From IMG/VR virus record IMGVR_UViG_3300007961_000315: a stretch of DNA of 20,000 bases; one strand, given 5' to 3'. The translations under genes and the position numbers were made by a program. Shown piece by piece: positions 6,992 to 14,279 of this stretch. How positions within the stretch are numbered: position 1 is the first letter of the stretch; every line of letters begins with the position of its first letter. Origin of the DNA: an uncultured virus (IMG/VR IMGVR_UViG_3300007961_000315) (taxonomy: Duplodnaviria > Heunggongvirae > Uroviricota > Caudoviricetes). Under the pieces are notes generated by a model. The model searched no databases. It saw only the letters and a list, made by a program, of their open reading frames with translations, and was not told the DNA's origin.

Positions 6992-8311
6992 ATGCTTAAA
7001 AATGGAAGTGAGTTGTGCCGCCGTGATTTGTATCTGAACCGGCTGATTGCATTTCAAGATACCGAACCGGTTAAGATAGTCACCGGCATTCGGCGCTGTG
7101 GAAAATCCAGCGTTTTGAAGTTGATGGTCCGCCATCTACAGGAAACCGGTGTAACGGATGATCAGATTATCGAGATGAACTTTGAATCCATGGATTTCCG
7201 CAGAATGACTGTCGAGGAGCTATACCGGTATGTAAAGGAACGATTGCCGGAGAAAAAGCGCGCCTATCTGTTCTTTGATGAGATCCAGCGCATCGATCAA
7301 TGGCAGGACGCAGTGAACTCCTTCCGGGTGGATTTTGACTGTGATATCTATGTGACCGGCTCCAACGCTTATCTTTTGTCCTCGGAGTATGCAACCTACC
7401 TGGCCGGACGAAGTGTGGAGATTAAAATGCTTCCGCTCTCCTTTCGAGAGTTTCTGGACTTCCACGGCTATACGGTCCGGGAGAGCAAAAGCCCCGCTGG
7501 AGGAATGAGAAAGCGGATCTACGATTCCAATGGCGATAGCTATGAGGTTCAGGAGTTGCTAGACGCCTATCTGCGCTTCGGCGGGATGCCTGGAATCGCA
7601 GATGTGGGGCTGGATATCGACAAGGCGCTGACCCTGCTGGATGGGATCTACTCCACGGTCGTGGTGCGAGATATCTTGGAGCGGGAGCGCCGCCGTGGCC
7701 AACGGCAGATCACCGACCCAGATCTGCTGCGGAAGATCATCATGTTTCTGGCTGACAATATTGGTAACAGCACCTCCATCACATCCATCAGCAATACCTT
7801 AGTGAACGAAAAGCTGTTGGACCAGAACCGTAAGGGGAATCCTTCGGTCCACACCATTCAGGCGTATGTGGATGCGCTGCTGGAGTCCTATATCTTTTAT
7901 GAGATCAAGCGTTTTGACATCAAGGGCAAGGAGTACCTTCGCACCCTGGGTAAATATTATATCGTGGACACTGGTCTGCGAAACTATTTGTTAGGCTTCC
8001 GGGACATGGATACCGGACACCTCATCGAGAACATCGTTTACTTTGAACTGCTCCGCCAGGGATACGATGTGTCGATCGGCAAGGTGGACAACAAGGAAGT
8101 GGATTTTATCGCCGCCAATACGGAGGAGAAGCGTTATATCCAGGTGACCGAGTCCATAAACGATCCGGCCACCCGGGAGCGGGAGCTGGCACCGCTGCGG
8201 ATGATCCGGGACAATTACGAGAAGGTCGTTATTGCCGGAAGCTGCGATTATCCCATCACAGCGGACGGCATCAAGATAATCAAGCTGACAGACTTTCTTC
8301 TGGATACCTGA
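6992..8311 (+). CDS. AAA+ ATPase, AAA_14 + DUF4143 type
   Basis: Walker A GIRRCGKS, Walker B FFDEIQ, YVTGSNA, LAGR, FGGMP, KYYIVDTGLRN, EVDF...YIQV; GAGGTG RBS. Confidence 0.92.
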   Translation: MLKNGSELCRRDLYLNRLIAFQDTEPVKIVTGIRRCGKSSVLKLMVRHLQETGVTDDQIIEMNFESMDFRRMTVEELYRYVKERLPEKKRAYLFFDEIQRIDQWQDAVNSFRVDFDCDIYVTGSNAYLLSSEYATYLAGRSVEIKMLPLSFREFLDFHGYTVRESKSPAGGMRKRIYDSNGDSYEVQELLDAYLRFGGMPGIADVGLDIDKALTLLDGIYSTVVVRDILERERRRGQRQITDPDLLRKIIMFLADNIGNSTSITSISNTLVNEKLLDQNRKGNPSVHTIQAYVDALLESYIFYEIKRFDIKGKEYLRTLGKYYIVDTGLRNYLLGFRDMDTGHLIENIVYFELLRQGYDVSIGKVDNKEVDFIAANTEEKRYIQVTESINDPATRERELAPLRMIRDNYEKVVIAGSCDYPITADGIKIIKLTDFLLDT

Positions 8312-8373
8312 CCAATTGGAGGCGAATTGATGGCATATGAAATTACCGTTACTGGAATATGACATATGTGGTG

Positions 8374-8402
8374 TTGACATTTAAAATAAAATACTATATA
8401 CT
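8374..8402 (+). promoter_or_regulatory. Sigma-A promoter of the rightward operon
   Basis: TTGACA (8374-8379), 17-bp spacer, TATACT (8397-8402). Confidence 0.85.
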
Positions 8403-8414
8403 GTGGTTACAGTG

Positions 8415-8517
8415 TTTTTTGAACTCTTCGAAGAGTTTGCTTGTTGGCAGCTTCGTCGCTGCTTGAAATGATTTTTTTGGCGCAGTACTCCCACTATGGG
8501 CGTACTGCGCCTTTTTT
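8415..8517 (+). repeat. Conserved 103-bp operon-leader element, copy 2
   Basis: Inverted copy of 2898-3000; palindrome AACTCTTCGAAGAGTT at 8422-8437; hairpin GCAGC-TTCGTC-GCTGC; terminator 8479-8518. Confidence 0.95.
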
Positions 8518-8518
8518 T
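8479..8518 (+). terminator. Leader intrinsic terminator (attenuator candidate)
   Basis: GGCGCAGTAC-TCCCA-CTA-TGGGC-GTACTGCGCC then T7, between the promoter and the first gene. Confidence 0.85.
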
Positions 8519-8631
8519 ATTGCAAAAAACACTGTGAAGTCAAAAAGGAAGGAGATCACAACTATGAGCGGGTAAATCTCACAATCACCGCAGTATTCAA
8601 AATTTTAAAATGAAAAGGAAGGAACGTGTGT

Positions 8632-9417
8632 ATGAGCCAGTCCCTGTCATTGTCGGAGTTTTTTCTCATGGGAAAAATGGATGCCGGTTTTGAGATCAGC
8701 GAAAGGTATGTCACCGGGATCTGCGTCCTGTATGCGGAACGAACAGCGGAAGAGCGGGAGTACATGATTCGGGAAAAATCCATTGTTGCGCTGGCCGGAC
8801 GAGAACTGAGCGAGTGTGTGCAGGAGGCGAAAGACCTTGCGTGCCGATCTGCTATCCGGCGCTTATCGGATATGCCGGCAATCCCTGCCGCCGAACCAGC
8901 GCAGGAGAAAGACAGCGAAAAGCCAGCCTCCCGATTCAGCATCGCACCTCAGAAACGGGTTGTAAAGGAAGCGCCGGCGGTTGAACCGGAGCCGGAAGAA
9001 CAACTTAGGCCGGACGACTTTATGGAAGAACGTTCGATCTCTTTTGTGGACGAATCGAAGAATGCGGTAAAATCTCAAAATACGGAGGAGCCGATTTTGA
9101 GTAGCGTCAAACAGGTCGGGTTTGCTGATTTACGGCCTGCATCCTCACTCCTGAAAGAAGAACCGACGCCTGTGCTAAGCAGCGATCTTGAAGCGGACAA
9201 AGAAGATGAGGCGCTGGAAAAGGCTCGCGCCATGAAGATCAGCATCGTTGGCAAGGTCCATCAGTGCTATGGCTGGACGGCTGGTAAGATTTTGAATGAA
9301 GCGCCTGAAGTAATCGTGGAATTTGCCAACCGGTATAACGGACCAAGAACAGAGGAACGTGACGCATTGCGAGCGCTCTATACCGAGGCCCTGCGGCGCG
9401 TTAACCGCGCTGCATAA
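8632..9417 (+). CDS. Hypothetical protein (~261 aa) with acidic, disordered middle
   Basis: Long ORF, AAAAGGAAGGA RBS; first gene of the operon. Confidence 0.8.
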   Translation: MSQSLSLSEFFLMGKMDAGFEISERYVTGICVLYAERTAEEREYMIREKSIVALAGRELSECVQEAKDLACRSAIRRLSDMPAIPAAEPAQEKDSEKPASRFSIAPQKRVVKEAPAVEPEPEEQLRPDDFMEERSISFVDESKNAVKSQNTEEPILSSVKQVGFADLRPASSLLKEEPTPVLSSDLEADKEDEALEKARAMKISIVGKVHQCYGWTAGKILNEAPEVIVEFANRYNGPRTEERDALRALYTEALRRVNRAA

Positions 9418-9454
9418 CCGCTGATCTCCGTCTGCCTGGAAGGAGGGAAATCCT

Positions 9455-10165
9455 GTGTCAGAGGATTTTATATTTGCTAAGGAAAGCCTGGATATTGCCG
9501 ACGTGGCCCAGCGGTATGGCGTCCATGTGGTCAGGGGAAATAAAGCCCACTGCCCCTTCCATGCCGACAGGACGCCCAGCCTGTCCTTTTATGACAGCAA
9601 TCGGAAGTTCCACTGCTTCAGCTGTGGGGCGCATGGAGACGTCATTGACCTGGTACAGATTCTGCTCAATGTTTCCAGCAAGGAGGCATTGCGGGAGCTC
9701 AACGACGCTTATCATTTGGGATTGGATTTGGATACGCCGCCGTCTGCCGAAAAAGTACGGCGCGCTGTTTCCAGGCGCAGGCAGATTCAGCAGGAGAAGG
9801 AGCTGTTTGAGCAGTGGGACATCGGCAGCTTTCAAATCCTTAGCACCTATTGCCGCACCCTGCGGGATTGGAAGAGAAAGTATGCGCCCGATTTTCCCAA
9901 TGAGCCGCTGCATCCGCGGTTTGTGGAAGCGCTGCATCGCCTGGGGTATATCGAATATTTACTGGACACGGTATACATCAATGGCGATAAAAAGAAGAAG
10001 GCAGCTTTTTTCAGATCTCATGAAAGGATGCTTCGCCTGCTTGAACAAAGGTTGATATGGGAGGGGAATTATTATGCTCACAGAAGTGGGGCAGGTGCTG
10101 TCGCGGCTGCAAACTTTAGGCCTGTCGTCATCGAGGGCGGCCGCCGACCTGAAGCAGCTGCATAA
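9455..10165 (+). CDS. CHC2 zinc-finger protein (DnaG zinc-binding domain, no TOPRIM seen)
   Basis: CPFHADRTPSL...FHCFSCGAHGDVIDLV...EALREL; AAGGAGG RBS. Confidence 0.88.
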   Translation: MSEDFIFAKESLDIADVAQRYGVHVVRGNKAHCPFHADRTPSLSFYDSNRKFHCFSCGAHGDVIDLVQILLNVSSKEALRELNDAYHLGLDLDTPPSAEKVRRAVSRRRQIQQEKELFEQWDIGSFQILSTYCRTLRDWKRKYAPDFPNEPLHPRFVEALHRLGYIEYLLDTVYINGDKKKKAAFFRSHERMLRLLEQRLIWEGNYYAHRSGAGAVAAANFRPVVIEGGRRPEAAA

Positions 10166-10628
10166 CCGGTATACCGGCTCCCTGGAACGGATAGCAAGCT
10201 GTGCTGAGCACCCCCATGTCATGCGGATCCTGGCGGAGGAAGCGGTAGAAGAGCTGTATTACCGGATGAGCTATTTAGGAATCCCGCTGGAGGACGAACA
10301 ATGCGCACCCGGCCCACAATACTGGGCCAGCTATATAAGGGCGGTGCACAGCGGTGAGTTGTTGGACAACGAATATTCCAGATTCCGGGCAGCACAGAAG
10401 CTGATGGGGATTTTTCTGGATCACTCGTATATCGACGACGATGAGAACGACACTGGGGAATACAAGGTGCTTCGCTACGCTTATGCGCAGTCGGAGGGAC
10501 CTATGCCGGCGTGGTTTTCAGCGGAAAAGGTGATGCGGTATCTGGAAGAGATCGTCACGGCCTGCGGATTCTTATGGTTTTCCATAGTGGATTATGCAGA
10601 GGAACAGTATTATGCGAAAGGAGCTTGA
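10074..10628 (+). CDS. Hypothetical protein (184 aa), overlaps the upstream gene by 92 nt
   Basis: GGAGGGG RBS before the ATG; tight spacing to the next gene. Confidence 0.75.
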   Translation: MLTEVGQVLSRLQTLGLSSSRAAADLKQLHNRYTGSLERIASCAEHPHVMRILAEEAVEELYYRMSYLGIPLEDEQCAPGPQYWASYIRAVHSGELLDNEYSRFRAAQKLMGIFLDHSYIDDDENDTGEYKVLRYAYAQSEGPMPAWFSAEKVMRYLEEIVTACGFLWFSIVDYAEEQYYAKGA

Positions 10629-10634
10629 TAGAAC

Positions 10635-11198
10635 ATGGCAGAATATCTATCTCCTTCCATTGGGCAGGTCATGCCCCAGCTGGATCAGGCCTGTGCGGAA
10701 TTAACACGACAGACGCTGATCCATGCACTGACGGAGTATACGAAGGAACTCTGTGAGTTTGATCCGGAGCTGGCCGACATCCTGTTGGAAGGAACGAAAA
10801 CTCTTTCCAGATGCGTCCGTTACGTCACGGAGCAGGCGCAGAAAATTGCCGTCAAACAGGCGGAATCGCTGACAGCGAAAGAGGTCAACGCATTGAGCAG
10901 AGGTAAGGTCCACGGGAGGGATATCCCGATGATGGGGCTTGCCATCAGCAGCGACGAAGTGTACAGCTGGGCGAAGGACTACTATTATGGTGGGCCCGGT
11001 GTGGAACCAACGGATGCCATGAGTGGCACGAACACGCCCGCCCGTCGAAAGGCTCCAGAAAAAAAGAACAGCAAAGAACAGGTCGGCGTTACAGGAAGCG
11101 GAAAGAAAAACGCTCCTGCAGAGGAAAAAAAGAGTGAGGGGAAGTCCAAGCCCGCCAAGGCGGAATCTGCCCAGCTGTCGCTCTTTGGTGCCGCTTGA
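10635..11198 (+). CDS. PcfK-like / AcrIIA9-family protein (candidate Cas9 inhibitor)
   Basis: KTLSRCVRYVTEQAQK...AISSDEVYSWAKDYY, a Lys-rich linker and a QLSLF tail fit my recollection of the PcfK family pattern. Confidence 0.7.
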   Translation: MAEYLSPSIGQVMPQLDQACAELTRQTLIHALTEYTKELCEFDPELADILLEGTKTLSRCVRYVTEQAQKIAVKQAESLTAKEVNALSRGKVHGRDIPMMGLAISSDEVYSWAKDYYYGGPGVEPTDAMSGTNTPARRKAPEKKNSKEQVGVTGSGKKNAPAEEKKSEGKSKPAKAESAQLSLFGAA

Positions 11199-11215
11199 AA
11201 AGGAGGTCAGCAGCG

Positions 11216-12262
11216 ATGATCCGTTACAACGGAAAAATTTTTTTGGGAATAGACCTTGGCAATTATAACATCAAAACCTCCCAGACATGCTTTCCGGCCG
11301 CATATATGGAACTCCCTGGCGACGGCAAGCAATATAACAATGTCCTCAAATATGAAAAGGGCACCTATATCCTGGGAGGCAGCCGGGTGGCGCAGCGTGA
11401 CGATAAATCCGCCGTCAACGGTGAACAGAAGCTTACCAACTCAGACTACCTGTATCTGTCGCAGTTTGCGATTGCAATGGAGCTGGAAGCAAATGGATGC
11501 CCTCCCGGGGACTATGAAATCCATCTGTCGACCGCGCTTCCGCCGGCGTATCTTTCCAACAAAGAGATGCTGCGGAACCTCAAACAGTTTTACCGCCGGC
11601 AGATGAATTTCCAGTATAACGGGCGGTTTTATCGGGTCAATGTAGCCCGGGTGTATGTATGCCCCCAGGGAACGGCGGCGATTTATGCCAACGTGCTGAC
11701 CGATGGGATGCAGAGGATGGCTGAAAAAGGACAAATCGCACAGTCTTCGCGTCCGATTGATATACTGGTTCAGGAGCCGCTCTCGATTCTTATAGACATT
11801 GGCGGCGGTACAGTATGTCCCGTTGTGCTGGAATACGGCGTCCCGCAGCCCTTTGCCGACGAAAACCCCACCCGCGGTGTGATTTGGACCTACGGGCAGA
11901 TCCAGCGCGATATCAAGGCAAAGACCAGCATGGATATTTCGGAGAACGTCATCAACAAGTATTTGATGGGAGAACAAATCCGAATCAGTGAATCTGGCAA
12001 ATCGATTGTTCAGGAACATATCGAGCGGTATGCCAAGCAGACGCTTATGCAGCTGCGGGAAAAGGGATTGCCCTTCTCCAACGCCTATACCATATTGATG
12101 GGAGGCGGCGCTAAGCATGTACGGAGGTATTGGGACAGTCTGGACAATTTTGCAATCCTGGATTATCTAAGCGAAATCCGGTCGACTGCCAGAGGATGTG
12201 AAGCCATGGCACAGCGGATCCTGGAGCGGCAAGGGCAGGAGCTGGAAAGCAGGGTGAGCTGA
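11216..12262 (+). CDS. parM: ParM/StbA-family actin-like ATPase
   Basis: GIDLGNYNIKT (phosphate 1), PQGTAA (connect 1), IDIGGGT (phosphate 2), MGGGA (adenosine); AGGAGG RBS. Confidence 0.9.
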   Translation: MIRYNGKIFLGIDLGNYNIKTSQTCFPAAYMELPGDGKQYNNVLKYEKGTYILGGSRVAQRDDKSAVNGEQKLTNSDYLYLSQFAIAMELEANGCPPGDYEIHLSTALPPAYLSNKEMLRNLKQFYRRQMNFQYNGRFYRVNVARVYVCPQGTAAIYANVLTDGMQRMAEKGQIAQSSRPIDILVQEPLSILIDIGGGTVCPVVLEYGVPQPFADENPTRGVIWTYGQIQRDIKAKTSMDISENVINKYLMGEQIRISESGKSIVQEHIERYAKQTLMQLREKGLPFSNAYTILMGGGAKHVRRYWDSLDNFAILDYLSEIRSTARGCEAMAQRILERQGQELESRVS

Positions 12263-12266
12263 GACG

Positions 12267-12623
12267 ATGAAGTTGGATCTTCATATTCGGTTCAATACTC
12301 GGAATCAGCGTCACAACCAAGTACGCGCCTATATAGAGCCGGTGAAGGCAAAGTATCGGACAGCCTTGTTTGTGGCGGCGATGGAGAAATATATGGATCA
12401 GAACCCCTATGGGGCAGATTACCAGGAGCTGGAAAAGATCCGCAAGGGTTCTTACCATAGTTTTCGGCCCCAACGCCCGATCCGGGAAAACCTGCAAAAA
12501 AAAGAGCGTCAGAGAGAAGCACTTATACCCTCTGAGCCTGTGAGGCAACCGGCATTGTCCGGTCAGTCATCGGATTCGCTGGATCAGGTGATCGACCTCT
12601 ATGCTCTGGATGACGAAGGATAA
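12267..12623 (+). CDS. Probable ParR-like adaptor / DNA-binding protein
   Basis: Small gene directly after parM; beta-helix-helix-like N-terminus and disordered C-terminal tail; inference from synteny. Confidence 0.55.
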   Translation: MKLDLHIRFNTRNQRHNQVRAYIEPVKAKYRTALFVAAMEKYMDQNPYGADYQELEKIRKGSYHSFRPQRPIRENLQKKERQREALIPSEPVRQPALSGQSSDSLDQVIDLYALDDEG

Positions 12624-12637
12624 CCCCAGTTTTGATG

Positions 12638-12679
12638 AGGCATTTATGCGTGTTAGACGTATAGGTGCCTTTTTATTTT
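12638..12679 (+). terminator. Intra-operon intrinsic terminator-like hairpin
   Basis: AGGCATTTATGCGT-GTTAG-ACGTATAGGTGCCT then TTTTATTTT. Confidence 0.7.
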
Positions 12680-12689
12680 GTGAAATGGA

Positions 12690-13223
12690 GTGATGAACAT
12701 GGAAAAACAGGATGCAAACCCGAAAAAAAGGAGCGTGCAACAGCTGCTTCAGGACCTGCTGCCGCCGCTTTGGAAAGGAATCCGAATGGCAGTGATCAGG
12801 ATCGGTCAAATGCCTTTTTGGAGTATGGCTTTACTCTGTTTCGCGCTTCGTGTCTTTGTGGTTTATCCTTTCGGCACCGGCGCTGCGATCTTGTCCGGCT
12901 GCATCTGGACTTATTGGAATTTGAGCTGTGTCAAAACGATGGTGCTCAATGGCCTGTGGAGCCTTATAGGCGCACTTGGCGGCCATGAGCAGCAATCCCT
13001 TTGGTTTGAATTTGAAGGCAGGGATGAAATATGCAAGATCATTGATCGGCTATCGGCACAAGGGGTCAATCACTGCAATCTGGTTGAGCAGATCGATGAT
13101 CTGCCGCCGGAGAACCAGTGGTATGCAATCTGTAATGGCCTGAACGCCATGGGGGTCATTGCGCAGACAACCCGACGCGCGCTGTATATCACCTGGTGTC
13201 TGCCGCATGCGGCGGCTGAATAA
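12690..13223 (+). CDS. Hypothetical membrane protein (start may be 12693 or 12699)
   Basis: Hydrophobic stretches at about residues 40-95; GGAG upstream of the ATGs. Confidence 0.7.
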   Translation: MMNMEKQDANPKKRSVQQLLQDLLPPLWKGIRMAVIRIGQMPFWSMALLCFALRVFVVYPFGTGAAILSGCIWTYWNLSCVKTMVLNGLWSLIGALGGHEQQSLWFEFEGRDEICKIIDRLSAQGVNHCNLVEQIDDLPPENQWYAICNGLNAMGVIAQTTRRALYITWCLPHAAAE

Positions 13224-13291
13224 GATAAGGCCTGCGGGCTTTTAGATAGATGTACGTCAACGAATTGAGTGAAAAAGAGAGGTAAAAGATT

Positions 13292-14212
13292 ATGGCAAAG
13301 ACGAACAATCCCGTTATGACCCGTTTTACTACTGGCAAGAGCCGCCTGACCTATGCTTTCCTTTGGACACCACGCGCCTCCGATAATGACAATGACGCAG
13401 ATGGTAAGGATGATAAGGGCGATAAATACAGCACCTGCGTCCTAATCCCCAAAAGCGACCAGAAGACAGTGGACAAGCTCAATGCTGCGCTCGGTTATGC
13501 CATTCAGCAGGGACAGGCCAAAGGGTATTGGGGTGCAAACCTTCCTGCCAATTTTAAATGGCCGCTGCGGGATGGTGACGCAGAATATCTGGAAAAGGGA
13601 GAAGAGTATAAGGGTAACTGGTTTTTGAATACTTCATCCACCCGCCAGCCTAAAATTGTAGATCTCGCCCTCAACGATATTTACGACCAGAGCGAGGTCT
13701 ATTCCGGATGTTACGTACGCGTTTGCATTAACCTGTTCCCTTTTAATCAGAGAGGGAATCGCGGTGTCGGATGCGGGCTGGAAGCTATCCAGAAGATTTG
13801 CGACGGTGAAGCATTGGGCGGAACTCAGGTGGATGTGGGTGAGGCATTTGGCGACAGCGCGCAGTATGTCGCTGAGTCCGGCTATGCTCAGCCGGCAGGT
13901 TATCCACAGCAGGCACAGGGCTATCCGCAGATCGCCCAGCAGCCGCAGCAACCTGCTCCCACAGCCCCGGTTCAGCAGGGATATGCCCCGGCACAGGGGG
14001 GATATGCACAGCCGGCTGTACCGGCCGTTCCTGGACAGCAGGGCTATCCGCAGCAAGCGCCGGCCGGAGATCCGACGCAGCAGTATCCAGCGGGGTACCC
14101 GGCGCCGCAGATGCCGGGTATGGTCAATACTTTTGCCAATAATGTGGCGGTTGCCAACAGCGCTCTTCCACCCCGACTTTTTGGCGAGGGTCAGCAATCG
14201 CAGGTAGCGTAA
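13292..14212 (+). CDS. DUF2815 phage-type ssDNA-binding protein with a Q/P/G/Y-rich tail
   Basis: RLTYAFLWTP, KYSTCVLIPKSD, PLRDGD, EVYSGCYVRV, GNRGVGCGL, QKICDGEALGG are DUF2815 hallmarks. Confidence 0.9.
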   Translation: MAKTNNPVMTRFTTGKSRLTYAFLWTPRASDNDNDADGKDDKGDKYSTCVLIPKSDQKTVDKLNAALGYAIQQGQAKGYWGANLPANFKWPLRDGDAEYLEKGEEYKGNWFLNTSSTRQPKIVDLALNDIYDQSEVYSGCYVRVCINLFPFNQRGNRGVGCGLEAIQKICDGEALGGTQVDVGEAFGDSAQYVAESGYAQPAGYPQQAQGYPQIAQQPQQPAPTAPVQQGYAPAQGGYAQPAVPAVPGQQGYPQQAPAGDPTQQYPAGYPAPQMPGMVNTFANNVAVANSALPPRLFGEGQQSQVA

Positions 14213-14279
14213 CCAGATAAAGATTGAATGGACGGCGTGATTTTATTTCGCGCCGCCCATTTCTATAAGGAGGAGGCAA

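Noticed and set aside
6807..6992. 61-aa plus-strand ORF
   Set aside because: Off-frame reading of the resolvase remnant and the ATPase promoter.
2898..8517. The 103-bp inverted repeats as terminal IRs of a transposon
   Set aside because: No DDE transposase or target duplication seen; fixed spacing to promoters and terminator structure favour a regulatory leader.
8415..8517. Leader as a known riboswitch, T-box, tRNA or CRISPR repeat
   Set aside because: No T-box motif, recognisable aptamer core, cloverleaf or repeat-spacer array; an Rfam search is still needed.
9474..10055. 193-aa alternate-frame ORF within the CHC2 gene
   Set aside because: No RBS; Arg/Ser/Trp-rich composition typical of off-frame GC-rich DNA.
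11441..12118. 225-aa minus-strand ORF
   Set aside because: Antisense shadow of parM.
13870..14120. DNA repeats such as CAGGG(C/A)TAT as an array
   Set aside because: Explained by the peptide repeats of the SSB tail; irregular spacing and synonymous variation.
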